Source: a virus
Taxonomy: Duplodnaviria; Caudoviricetes
IMG/VR virus record: IMGVR_UViG_3300017909_002082
Location: 1 to 33,738 of that record
DNA: 33,738 nt
Strand: one strand, 5' to 3'
The translations under genes and the position numbers were made by a program. Below, in pieces: positions 18,561-27,566 of this stretch. The notes under the pieces are model-generated. The model saw nothing but the letters and a program-made list of their open reading frames with translations. It was not told where the DNA came from and did no database searches. How positions within the stretch are numbered: the stretch's first letter is position 1; each line of letters starts with the position of its first letter.

Positions 18561-18770
18561 ATGGAAGATAACAATTTTACAAAGAAGTCACTAATGTTCA
18601 TCGGCGGATATTATTTCGCAATTATTTTCTTGACAGCATGTGCACTTCATGACATTATACTATCACAAGTAAATGGGTTTACATTTGGCTATGTCTTTGC
18701 ACTTTTCTACTTCATCGCTCGGCTCAAATCAGTCCGTCAGCTTATTGAAGAAAAAGAATATCACAACTAA
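18561..18770 (+). CDS. Small two-TM membrane protein (69 aa)
   Basis: Two hydrophobic segments (LMFIGGYYFAIIFLTACAL; GFTFGYVFALFYFIA) and a charged C-tail. Confidence 0.65.
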   Translation: MEDNNFTKKSLMFIGGYYFAIIFLTACALHDIILSQVNGFTFGYVFALFYFIARLKSVRQLIEEKEYHN

Positions 18771-18873
18771 CTGCAAAGCCAGCAAAAGCAAAAAAACAAT
18801 TAAAAATGCTCTACACAAAGTACAATCTGTGGTAGATTGTATACAGGTCAACTAACCAGCAAAGGAGATACAA

Positions 18874-19647
18874 ATGGGTATTGATCTGAATAAGATGCGG
18901 CAGAAGCACTCTGCCTTGACTAACAAAGGTGGCAACACCAACAACGAGACCTTCTGGAAACCAGAAGAGGGTATCAACAATATTCGTATTGTTTGCCCAA
19001 AGAACGGTGATCCCTTCCGTGATTACCTGTTCCACTACCGTATGGGAGCAGATGGCAATACGACCATGATTAGCCCTCGTACATTCGGTCGCACTGACCC
19101 AATCGCTGAGTTTGGTAATCAGCTTTGGAATGAAGGCACCGAGGCTTCCAAGCAAGAGGCACGAGGCTTCTTCCCACGTATGCGGGTGTTCGCACCAGTT
19201 GTCGTTCGTGGCGAAGAAGAGAAGGGTGTCCGTCTCTGGGGATTCTCAAAGACGACTTACGAGTCACTCTTGAATATTGTGCTTGATCCTGAGTACGGTG
19301 ACATCACCGATCCACACACAGGGACTGACTTGCGCTTGGAGTACGGAAAGAAGGCGGGACAAATGTATCCTACTACTGACATCCGTCCTTTCCGTAAGGC
19401 TTCAAAGCTAGCTAAGACTGACGAAGAGATTGATACACTCTTGTCATCCATGCCAAGCTTTGATGAGGTCTTCCCAGAGACCACTACCGAGGCAGCACAG
19501 TTGCTGCTTGATCAAACCCTAAACTCCTCATCAGAGGATACGGGTGAAGGTACTGTCAAGTATGGGAATCAAAACGCTACTACCAGCAATGAAACTTCCA
19601 CTGATGGAACGGACATTGACCAAGCGTTCAATGATTTGCTGGCATAG
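18874..19647 (+). CDS. Single-stranded DNA-binding protein (T4 gp32-like)
   Basis: FWKP..G...IRI, DPI.E....LW, R.FAPVVVRG.E..GV.LW.F.K..Y, YGDITDP..G.D, acidic tail ending DIDQAFNDLLA; SD AAGGAG. Confidence 0.88.
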   Translation: MGIDLNKMRQKHSALTNKGGNTNNETFWKPEEGINNIRIVCPKNGDPFRDYLFHYRMGADGNTTMISPRTFGRTDPIAEFGNQLWNEGTEASKQEARGFFPRMRVFAPVVVRGEEEKGVRLWGFSKTTYESLLNIVLDPEYGDITDPHTGTDLRLEYGKKAGQMYPTTDIRPFRKASKLAKTDEEIDTLLSSMPSFDEVFPETTTEAAQLLLDQTLNSSSEDTGEGTVKYGNQNATTSNETSTDGTDIDQAFNDLLA

Positions 19648-19659
19648 TTGACCAGCCAG

Positions 19660-19697
19660 CCCGCAGGGAGGCACGGGGTACAGGTGCCTCTCCTTTT
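19660..19697 (+). promoter_or_regulatory. Structured RNA between ssb and recA: hairpin/terminator or H-type pseudoknot
   Basis: GGGAGGCA(19666-73) pairs with TGCCTCTC(19685-92); upstream CCCG(19660-63) can pair with CGGG(19674-77); followed by CTTTT. Confidence 0.55.
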
Positions 19698-19716
19698 GGA
19701 AAACGGAGTAAAATAA

Positions 19717-20805
19717 ATGTCAAAATCAAGTTTAGTGTCAGAACTGAGAAGTTCTCTCAATAAGCAAGCTAAGCACACAATCGCTTATGACTTGCATGGT
19801 GAAAATCCAACCGAAGTAAAGACTTGGATTCCAACTGGTTCAACAGTTCTAGACTTGGTTATCTCAAACCGTGAAGGCGGTGGCATTCCAGTCGGTAAGA
19901 TTACGACTATCGCTGGAGAATCACAAAGTGGTAAAAGTTTGATTGCCACACAGATTCTAGCCAACTGCCAAAAGATGGGTGGCATTGCAATCTATATTGA
20001 TACAGAAAATGCTAGTGATCCTCGTTGGATGACTAATCTAGGTCTGACAACAGACAAAGACTTTCTGTATCTACAGACACAAACACTAGAGAGCACTTTC
20101 CAAGCGATTGAGAATGTAATCGCAAACGTTCGGCAAAAGGCTCCTGATCGTTTGGTCTGTATTGTCTGGGATAGTGTGGCTGCTACCCCAGGGCAAGCTG
20201 AGGTGGAAGGTAGTTACGATCCTACTTCTCAAATCGGTTTGTCTGCCCGCATCATCTCTCGTGGTCTACGAAAGATTACCGAGATGATCGGGCAACAAAA
20301 GATTGCTTTAGTTCTTACTAATCAATTGAAAACTAACATTGGTCAGATGTTTGGTGATGCTCGTGTTGAGCCAGGTGGCAAAGGTCTTCCTTATCAAGCA
20401 TCAGCTAGGATCTGGTTGACTCGTCACACAGGCAAAGCCAATGGCATCATTACTAATGACCAGGGTCAACTGATTGGCTACAGAACATCTGCACAGATTG
20501 TAAAGAATCGGTTTGGACCACCAAATAGAACCTGCGAGTTCAATGTCATGTTTGACTTAGCCAATGGCGATGTTGGTATCAAAGATGAGGACTCTTGGTT
20601 GAAAGTTGTTGGTGGCACAGATTCGTGCCCCAGGTCAGGAGCTTGGTATACACTCAAGTATGCTGATGGGACCGAAAAGAAGTTTCAAAAAGCGGATTAT
20701 AATAATCTGATTAAAGAAGAAGAATTTCGCCAAAGGTTCCTTGACATTCTACACAGTGAGCTTATTATAGGATATGAGCAGAGTGTAGAAGAAAATGTGT
20801 CGTAA
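19717..20805 (+). CDS. recA: RecA/UvsX recombinase
   Basis: IPTGS..LD, GGIPVGKI..IAGESQSGKS (Walker A), YIDTENA, IVWDSVAA (Walker B), TNQLK, PGGKGL.Y.AS.R, VKNRFGPP. Confidence 0.95.
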   Translation: MSKSSLVSELRSSLNKQAKHTIAYDLHGENPTEVKTWIPTGSTVLDLVISNREGGGIPVGKITTIAGESQSGKSLIATQILANCQKMGGIAIYIDTENASDPRWMTNLGLTTDKDFLYLQTQTLESTFQAIENVIANVRQKAPDRLVCIVWDSVAATPGQAEVEGSYDPTSQIGLSARIISRGLRKITEMIGQQKIALVLTNQLKTNIGQMFGDARVEPGGKGLPYQASARIWLTRHTGKANGIITNDQGQLIGYRTSAQIVKNRFGPPNRTCEFNVMFDLANGDVGIKDEDSWLKVVGGTDSCPRSGAWYTLKYADGTEKKFQKADYNNLIKEEEFRQRFLDILHSELIIGYEQSVEENVS

Positions 20806-21205
20806 GAATAAGTTCCTTAACGCAGCTATCAGAAAGATAGACTCTGCCAACTCTGATTACAGTGTACAGCACAGACATGCTGCTATCATTGTAAAGAGTG
20901 GCAGAGTTTTATCTTCTGGCGTCAATCGTATTAAGACTCACCCAGATGCAGTGATAGAGGCTGAAGATGGTGAGATAATTTGTAAGTCAGTCCATGCAGA
21001 AATGGATGCAATATTAAAAGTAAAGAACAAAGAACAACTCAAGGGGGCAACAATCTATGTTGCTCGTAAGGGTAGGCTAGATCAGGTTGGTATGTCCCTG
21101 CCTTGTAGCATGTGCCAGAGGAACTTAGTCAAGTATGGCTTTCGCAAAGCAGTGTTTACTACTGAGCACGATCACGGTGTAATCTATTTTGGAGATGAAG
21201 AATGA
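20795..21205 (+). CDS. Zn-dependent cytidine/deoxycytidylate deaminase family protein
   Basis: HAE (SVHAEMDAI) and PCxxC (PCSMC) motifs; HAAIIVKSGRVLSSGVN. Confidence 0.85.
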   Translation: MCRKNKFLNAAIRKIDSANSDYSVQHRHAAIIVKSGRVLSSGVNRIKTHPDAVIEAEDGEIICKSVHAEMDAILKVKNKEQLKGATIYVARKGRLDQVGMSLPCSMCQRNLVKYGFRKAVFTTEHDHGVIYFGDEE

Positions 21206-21363
21206 AGGGTTTTATTATGATGGAAATGCCAAAGAAAGTAAAGATAGCTGTCCCAATTGAGGATGACGGTGGAATTTGCGCATTTACACTTAAAAACATG
21301 AGAGACCGTGCTTGGGGCATAGTCACTGACTTAGAGTACGAGGAAGATCGCAGGGATGCATAA
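21202..21363 (+). CDS. Small hypothetical protein (53 aa, not in ORF track)
   Basis: MKGFIMMEMPKKVKIAVPIEDDGGICAFTLKNMRDRAWGIVTDLEYEEDRRDA; ATGA overlap with the deaminase stop, GGAG SD, 8-nt overlap with the next gene. Confidence 0.65.
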   Translation: MKGFIMMEMPKKVKIAVPIEDDGGICAFTLKNMRDRAWGIVTDLEYEEDRRDA

Positions 21364-22324
21364 AAGACTACTACTAGTTGATGGGATGAACAACTTCCTG
21401 CGATGCTATGTTGTCAATCCAAGTTTGGACTTGAATGGTAATCACGTAGGTGGTGTCGTTGGCTTTTTAAACGCACTAAAGAACATTATGATTCAGACCA
21501 AGCCTGACGAGGTTATCATTGCTTGGGAGGGTGCTAATGGATCACGTAAACGCAAAGAGATCTACAAGGGCTACAAGGCTGGAAGAAAACCACCCAGACT
21601 AAACCGAGAATACGAGACTAGCCCAGAAGAAGAAGCAGAGAACAAACTTCAGCAGATTATTAAACTGACAGAGCTACTGGAGCTTCTACCAGTGTTGCAA
21701 TTGAGTTTGGATGATGTAGAAGCTGATGATGTCATCGCTTGGGCCGCTAAACAGAAGAAGTATGCTGACTGGCAAAAGGTAATCGTCTCAAATGATAAAG
21801 ACTTTTTACAACTTTGCAATGAGTCAACTATTGTGTTGCGACCAACACAGAAACAGATCTACAATGCGAAGAAGGTGCTAGAAGATTTCTCTATCCACCC
21901 TAGCAACTTTGCAATTGCTAAGGCTATCTCAGGTGACAAATCAGATAATATTATTGGTGCTGACCGAGTTGGCATTGCAACTGTAGCTAAAAGGTTTCCT
22001 TTCTTATCAGAAGATAAAGAGTACACTCTACAAGATGTGTTTGACTACTGCGAAGAGCAGGCAGATAAGCCAAAGTGTCCAAAGGCATATCTTAATATCT
22101 TAGACCACAGGGATGTTATCAGCACAAACTTTGATATCGTCCAGTTAGATCAGCCTTTGATTTCTTTACAGGGCATGTCCAGGTTGACAGAGGCGCTTGA
22201 TGATAGTACACTTGAACTACAGAAAAATGCTTTCCGCTTGATGATTAAGCGAGAAGGATTCACGAGTGTAGCGACCGATAGTTTATTTGAAAATTGTATG
22301 AAAATCGTAGTAAACAAAAACTAA
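21356..22324 (+). CDS. Stand-alone 5'-3' exonuclease / flap endonuclease (Pol I N-domain / T4 RNase H family)
   Basis: LLVDGMN, RKEIYKGYKAGR, VEADDVIA, IVSNDKDFLQL, GDKSDNIIGADRVG..T motifs. Confidence 0.93.
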   Translation: MHKRLLLVDGMNNFLRCYVVNPSLDLNGNHVGGVVGFLNALKNIMIQTKPDEVIIAWEGANGSRKRKEIYKGYKAGRKPPRLNREYETSPEEEAENKLQQIIKLTELLELLPVLQLSLDDVEADDVIAWAAKQKKYADWQKVIVSNDKDFLQLCNESTIVLRPTQKQIYNAKKVLEDFSIHPSNFAIAKAISGDKSDNIIGADRVGIATVAKRFPFLSEDKEYTLQDVFDYCEEQADKPKCPKAYLNILDHRDVISTNFDIVQLDQPLISLQGMSRLTEALDDSTLELQKNAFRLMIKREGFTSVATDSLFENCMKIVVNKN

Positions 22325-22339
22325 TAAGTGGGTTACTCT
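22311..22339 (+). promoter_or_regulatory. sigma70-like promoter TAAACA-N17-TACTCT
   Basis: Third TAAACA-N17-TAnnnT copy, upstream of the helicase. Confidence 0.5.
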
Positions 22340-22364
22340 AGCAGTCCACTACGGCGGAGAAAAC

Positions 22365-23888
22365 ATGACTGAGGCTAATATCAACCAAGAAGAGAACTTC
22401 TCCAAGTTTGGTAAAGCTTTCCAAGAGAAGCTGGGCAGAGCCATCCTAGAGGATCGCTCATTTAGCAACCAGATGGTAGAAGTACTAGATGTTGGCTATC
22501 TAGAGCTTAAGTACTTGCAAGCCTTTGTAGAGCTTATCTTTAACTACAAAGAGAAGTATAGCGTCCATCCTACGTTTGATACCCTGGTTTCTGTGATTAG
22601 AACAGAGATGGAAGACTATCCCGACGTAATCAAGAAGCAGGTCATTGAGTATCTGTCTAAGATCAAATCAGGGCAAATAAATGCAGATGATCGTGACTAC
22701 GTTAAAGAGAAGTCACTAGACTTCTGCAAGAAGCAGAAGCTTAAGGAAGCAATCCTAAAATCAGTAAATCTCCTCCAGACATCTTCCTTTGAAGAGATTC
22801 AGAAGCTGATTGATGGCGCACTAAACCTGGGGCTTGATGACAGTCATGGTCACGACTTCATTCAAGACTTTGAGTCAAGGTACATTAAAGTATCCCGTGA
22901 TCCTACTGGTACTGGTTGGAAAGAGATTGACAATATCACTAGGGACGGACTTGGCAAGCGAGAGCTAGGAGTTGTGATCGCACCTACAGGCGCTGGCAAG
23001 TCAATGGCCTTGGTCCACCTAGGAGCGATGGCAGTTGTAAGTGGCAAGACGGTTGTTCACTACACGCTAGAACTAGCTGAAGGTGTGGTTGGTCAAAGGT
23101 ATGATTCTTGTCTAACTGGCGTCCCATTGTCAAATCTTTTTGACTACAAAGATAAAATTAAAGAAAATATTTCTACTCTAGATGGGCAGCTAATCATCAA
23201 GGAGTACCCAACAAAATCTGCAACTACAATGACTTTGGAAACGTCGCTAGAAAAGATGCGCCAAAGAGGAATCACGCCAGACTTTTTAATTGTAGATTAC
23301 GCTGATTTATTGCGCCCTGTAACGACTAGTTATAGACAAGAGCATCGCCACAACATAGAGACGATCTATGAAGAGTTGCGGGGCATCGCACAAAAATTTG
23401 ACATTCCTGTTTGGACCGCATCGCAAACAAACAGAAGTGGACTCAATGCGGAGGTTATTACTATGGAGTCAATCAGTGAAGCATTCAATAAATGTTTTGT
23501 TGCCGACTTCATTTGCACAATCTCCAGAACAGCAGACGATAAGGTTCAAGGAACAGGTCGCATGTTCGTAGCAAAGAATCGTAACGGACCAGATGGGCTT
23601 GTCTTCCCAATGTCTATTGACACCAGCAGGGTAAAGCTTCGGGTCCACCAGCAGCAAACCGCCGAGGATATCAATACTATCGTCACAAGGACTGCTCAGG
23701 AACAGAAGAAACATTTACAAGAAAAGTATCAGAAGTTTAAGAACAGGCGTAAAGTTACAGCCGTACCTAAAGCAGACGATACACAACCAAATAATCCTCT
23801 GGATAACCCTCTTAGTAAAGAAAGTCTAAGGAAGTTGGCAGAGGAAACCAAAGCAAAAAGAAACGCAGAAAATAGGAGCGCAGTTTAA
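22365..23888 (+). CDS. dnaB: Replicative DNA helicase (DnaB / gp41 family)
   Basis: Walker A APTGAGKS, YTLEL, LIIKEYPT, Walker B IVDYADLL, VWTASQTNRSG, KNRNGPDG. Confidence 0.93.
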   Translation: MTEANINQEENFSKFGKAFQEKLGRAILEDRSFSNQMVEVLDVGYLELKYLQAFVELIFNYKEKYSVHPTFDTLVSVIRTEMEDYPDVIKKQVIEYLSKIKSGQINADDRDYVKEKSLDFCKKQKLKEAILKSVNLLQTSSFEEIQKLIDGALNLGLDDSHGHDFIQDFESRYIKVSRDPTGTGWKEIDNITRDGLGKRELGVVIAPTGAGKSMALVHLGAMAVVSGKTVVHYTLELAEGVVGQRYDSCLTGVPLSNLFDYKDKIKENISTLDGQLIIKEYPTKSATTMTLETSLEKMRQRGITPDFLIVDYADLLRPVTTSYRQEHRHNIETIYEELRGIAQKFDIPVWTASQTNRSGLNAEVITMESISEAFNKCFVADFICTISRTADDKVQGTGRMFVAKNRNGPDGLVFPMSIDTSRVKLRVHQQQTAEDINTIVTRTAQEQKKHLQEKYQKFKNRRKVTAVPKADDTQPNNPLDNPLSKESLRKLAEETKAKRNAENRSAV

Positions 23889-23891
23889 AAA

Positions 23892-25769
23892 ATGAGCGAA
23901 CAAGATCTATCAACAAGAATTCTATCTGATATTACGGTTTACATGAAATATGCTAGGTACTTGCCTGAAGTAAAACGCAGAGAAACGTGGCAAGAACTAG
24001 TTGATCGCAATATGCAAATGCATATTAAAAAGTATCCGAATCTCAAGAAGGAAATTGAAGAGACATATCAATTCGTATATGACAAAAAAGTCTTGCCCTC
24101 AATGCGCTCTATGCAGTTTGGTGGCAGACCAATTGAGATCGCTCCAAACAGAATTTTTAACTGTGCTTACTTACCTGTTGATGACTGGAGGGCTTTCGGT
24201 GAAATTATGTTCCTCCTACTAGGCGGAACTGGTGTTGGCTTCTCAGTTCAAAACCATCACGTTGAGAGTCTTCCAGAGATTCAAAAGCCAAACCCTAACC
24301 GCACTCGGAGGTACCTAATCAATGATAGTATTGAAGGATGGGCTGATGCCGTCAAATATCTTATCCGCAGCTACTTCTTTGGTGGCTCAAAGCTACGATT
24401 TGATTTTAGTGATATTCGCCCTAAAGGTGCTCGCCTTGTAACTTCTGGCGGAAAGGCTCCAGGCCCTCAGCCACTAAAAGAGTGCTTGGTTAAAATTGAA
24501 GGGATGCTTGCTGAAAAGGAGAACGGTGACAAACTAACTCCCATTGAAGTGCACGATATTGTTTGTCATGTTGCTGATGCAGTTCTAGCAGGTGGTATTC
24601 GCCGTGCTGCTCTTATCTCTTTGTTCTCAGCAGATGACCAAGAGATGATCGCTGCTAAGTCAGGCAACTGGTGGGAAACCAACCCACAGCGAGGTAGAGC
24701 CAATAACTCTGTTGTATTGCTTCGTCACAAGGTAGAAGAAGAATTCTTTAACGCTTTGTGGGAACGAATTGAAGCATCAGGTGCAGGTGAGCCAGGCTTC
24801 TACCTTTCCAATGACAAAGACTGGGGAACTAACCCATGCTGTGAAATTGCTCTGCGACCATACCAGTTCTGCAACCTAACAGAGGTGAACGTCAGCAATA
24901 TCACAGGACAAGAAGACCTTGAGGAGCGTGTCCGTGCAGCAGCATTTATTGGAACTCTTCAAGCTGGATACACAGACTTCCACTATCTACGACCAGTATG
25001 GCAGCGCACCACAGAGCGTGACGCACTCATCGGTGTCTCACTAACTGGTATCGCATCAGGTCGTGTCCTAGGAGAAGATGTATCACTTAAGACCGCAGCT
25101 AACATCGTGAAGCAAGAAAACCAACGAGTAGCCGAATTGATTGGAATCCGAAAGGCTAACCGCACAACCTGCGTCAAGCCAGCAGGAACAACCAGTCTAA
25201 CACTCGGTACTTCCAGCGGTATTCACGCTTGGCACAACGACTACTACATTCGTCGTATCCGTGTCGGTAAGAATGAGCCAATCTACTGGCACCTGGCTGT
25301 CAACCATCCAGAACTAGTAGAAGATGATTACTTTCGTGCCCACGACACAGCAGTCATTTCTATTCCACAGAAAGCTCCAGAGGGTGCAATCCTAAGAACA
25401 GAAAGTGCATTTGATCTACTCAAGAGAATCCAGAAGATTACCACAGAGTGGATTCGCACGGGACACCGTAGCGGACAGAACACACACAATGTTTCTGCTA
25501 CTGTATCTATCAAGTCTGACGAGTGGGGCAAAGTTGGTGAGTGGATGTGGAAGAATAAGAAGGCATACAACGGTCTTTCAGTTCTACCACATGATGACAA
25601 CGAGCACACATATGTTCAAGCTCCGTTTGAGAACTGCACTAAAGAAAAGTATGAAGAGATGATGAAGGCTCTCTTGTCGGTTGACCTCACTAAGATTATT
25701 GAGGAAGAAGACAATACTGATCTTAAGGGCGAAGCGGCTTGTGCTGGTGGCGCTTGCGAAATCACCTAA
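23892..25769 (+). CDS. nrdJ: Class II (adenosylcobalamin-dependent) ribonucleotide reductase
   Basis: FNCA, GGTGVGFSV, GGIRRAALI, TNPCCEI, FCNLTEV, TTCVKPAGT, C-terminal CAGGACEI redox pair; no adjacent beta subunit. Confidence 0.9.
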   Translation: MSEQDLSTRILSDITVYMKYARYLPEVKRRETWQELVDRNMQMHIKKYPNLKKEIEETYQFVYDKKVLPSMRSMQFGGRPIEIAPNRIFNCAYLPVDDWRAFGEIMFLLLGGTGVGFSVQNHHVESLPEIQKPNPNRTRRYLINDSIEGWADAVKYLIRSYFFGGSKLRFDFSDIRPKGARLVTSGGKAPGPQPLKECLVKIEGMLAEKENGDKLTPIEVHDIVCHVADAVLAGGIRRAALISLFSADDQEMIAAKSGNWWETNPQRGRANNSVVLLRHKVEEEFFNALWERIEASGAGEPGFYLSNDKDWGTNPCCEIALRPYQFCNLTEVNVSNITGQEDLEERVRAAAFIGTLQAGYTDFHYLRPVWQRTTERDALIGVSLTGIASGRVLGEDVSLKTAANIVKQENQRVAELIGIRKANRTTCVKPAGTTSLTLGTSSGIHAWHNDYYIRRIRVGKNEPIYWHLAVNHPELVEDDYFRAHDTAVISIPQKAPEGAILRTESAFDLLKRIQKITTEWIRTGHRSGQNTHNVSATVSIKSDEWGKVGEWMWKNKKAYNGLSVLPHDDNEHTYVQAPFENCTKEKYEEMMKALLSVDLTKIIEEEDNTDLKGEAACAGGACEIT

Positions 25770-25773
25770 AAGC

Positions 25774-25801
25774 TTAACAAGAGAAGTATATACGATATAA
25801 T
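25774..25801 (+). promoter_or_regulatory. sigma70-like promoter TTAACA-N16-TATAAT
   Basis: Consensus -10 in the intergenic gap after nrdJ. Confidence 0.6.
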
Positions 25802-25822
25802 CAAAATAGAAAGGGTTGTATC

Positions 25823-26056
25823 ATGAGTAAAACTTTAAACCACATTATGCCTGTTGGCGCAGCTAATGGCTTGTGTGAGCGTGAAGATAAAAACAAAGTA
25901 CAACATCGCTGGCTACCCAGTGGTCAGTCCCGTGCTCTCCCTGGAATGCATGTGGGGGTTGAGTGCTATTGTAAACACTGTGGAGAGCGAGAGTGGGGCA
26001 CTGTGAGTCATCACGAATTTGTATCATTAACTGAAGCTTGGAAAGAATTACAATGA
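25823..26056 (+). CDS. Small putative Zn-binding protein
   Basis: C...H...CYCKHC pattern; SD AAAGGG; ATGA-coupled to groES. Confidence 0.65.
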   Translation: MSKTLNHIMPVGAANGLCEREDKNKVQHRWLPSGQSRALPGMHVGVECYCKHCGEREWGTVSHHEFVSLTEAWKELQ

Positions 26057-26310
26057 GACCAGTCAATAGAAGATTACTTGTAGAACTATTTGAAGAGGAA
26101 GAAGAAACGCCAGTCTTTATCTTGCCAGAGGACTTTCAAGAGAAGTCGCACAGATCATATAAGATTTTAGCTACTGCAAACGATTGTAGCATGGACTTGA
26201 AGGTTGGAGAGGTTGTTGTTGCACATACCTCAGACCCAGAGAGAATTGTGTTTGAAGGCAACGAACATTTACTATTGTTAGAGAATCGTGTTGTCTGTGT
26301 AGTAGACTAA
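26053..26310 (+). CDS. groES: GroES-like co-chaperonin
   Basis: MRPVNRRLLVE (cf. LRPL.DRVLV), ILP mobile loop, LKVGEVVV, FEGNEHLLL.E..V; ATG 26053 (ATGA overlap) preferred over 26038. Confidence 0.8.
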   Translation: MRPVNRRLLVELFEEEEETPVFILPEDFQEKSHRSYKILATANDCSMDLKVGEVVVAHTSDPERIVFEGNEHLLLLENRVVCVVD

Positions 26311-27566
26311 GGCCCAACGCATAAGTCTTCAAAGATAGCTCTAATCTGATAGAACACTGTTTCTGAATTGGCGGTTGGTGTGTAGAGCCTGTCTCTTTCT
26401 CCGTTGACGCAATCTAAGAAACTCCTATGGTGTTCCTCTAGGGCAAACACAAACAATTCGTATCCATAGTTGTGAGCGTGGGTTGCTACTTCTAGGCAGG
26501 TCATTGATGTGATTGTCTGGGCTATTTCGTCAGTCATTGTGATAACAACTTTTTGTGCTTCTGGTCTCCACGAAAATGGATACCTGTTCATTGCCCAGTA
26601 CATCGTATCAATGGTTGGCTCCTGACCAGCACTATCAATCATCCTGCCAGCTTCTAGCATTGCTAAGAACTCATTAGCGGGAACAAAGTCAGAGACCATT
26701 CTAGAATATAAATTATGCGGTCTTATGTCATCGCCCTGTCTAGCACCCACAACAACTAGTCCAAAACGAAATCTGCTTGTTATCGGATCATCTAAAAGCG
26801 GACTTATACCCAGTATCATTGACTCTATCTCATCATCAAACGATCCAGATATATCAAGAACAAAAACTAAATCCACACCACGAGTATCAAACCCTTCGTC
26901 TACCTCTCCGTCACAATCGTTGTCTAGGTCATCACAACGCTCAGCAGTCGGTAACACTTGACCGTCGCATGGTCCATCAAAGCTGCCTTCAGTGCAATAG
27001 CGAATACCAGCACGGCACTCACCTACAGCAAGGGTACCTTCTGGACCCTCATAACAGACAACGGCTGTAGCGTTTGCTATTCCTTCATCTACTGTTCCAT
27101 TGCAGTTATTGTCTAGACCATCACAAACTTCATCAGCAGGCCCTGTGTGTCCATCACAATATAGGACGCCATTGTAGCAAGTCATGACGCCTGGCTTACA
27201 TATGCCAACACCATAGTCTACATCTTCTTCAAAACCACAAAGCTGATGCTCTTCTGGATAGGACTCGTCAATGGCAGCATCACAGTCATTGTCAATACCA
27301 TCACAGACTTCTTCTTCTGGACCTTTAGCTCCAATGCAGTCAGACCAACCTCTCATTGTGCAAGTCCTTAATCCGTAGGAACATTGCCCAGTTCTTTCAG
27401 GGATCTCAGTTGGATCAGCAGATGGAAAGTTTTTTCCAAATTCATTGCAGACAAGTTGTTCGCCTGGGACGCAATCAAGTTTGACTAGCTGGTCGTCATC
27501 TAGACACCCACTAAACAATACGAAAGGAATAAGAAATATTACTTGTTTTGCACTGATTCTAAACAT
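26307..27566 (-). CDS. Lipoprotein with Cys/Asp metal-binding repeats and C-terminal vWA domain
   Basis: Lipobox LFSGC; three E.CD.lDNdCdG.vDE repeats; vWA MIDAS DLVFVLDISGS...MTDE. Confidence 0.85.
   Translation of the reverse strand: MFRISAKQVIFLIPFVLFSGCLDDDQLVKLDCVPGEQLVCNEFGKNFPSADPTEIPERTGQCSYGLRTCTMRGWSDCIGAKGPEEEVCDGIDNDCDAAIDESYPEEHQLCGFEEDVDYGVGICKPGVMTCYNGVLYCDGHTGPADEVCDGLDNNCNGTVDEGIANATAVVCYEGPEGTLAVGECRAGIRYCTEGSFDGPCDGQVLPTAERCDDLDNDCDGEVDEGFDTRGVDLVFVLDISGSFDDEIESMILGISPLLDDPITSRFRFGLVVVGARQGDDIRPHNLYSRMVSDFVPANEFLAMLEAGRMIDSAGQEPTIDTMYWAMNRYPFSWRPEAQKVVITMTDEIAQTITSMTCLEVATHAHNYGYELFVFALEEHHRSFLDCVNGERDRLYTPTANSETVFYQIRAIFEDLCVGP
26892..27315 (-). repeat. Three in-frame 'putative metal-binding motif' repeats
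   Basis: EVCDGIDNDCDAAIDE, EVCDGLDNNCNGTVDEG and ERCDDLDNDCDGEVDEG, each preceded by a G.C..G...C...C.G unit. Confidence 0.85.

Noticed and set aside
19645-19719. SSB-RecA fusion by stop read-through
   Set aside because: Although in frame, it would need read-through of both TAG and TAA, and recA has its own GGAG SD.
19717-25769. Inteins or introns in recA, helicase and nrdJ
   Set aside because: Lengths are normal, motifs are contiguous, and no C...HN intein ends or homing-endonuclease motifs were seen.
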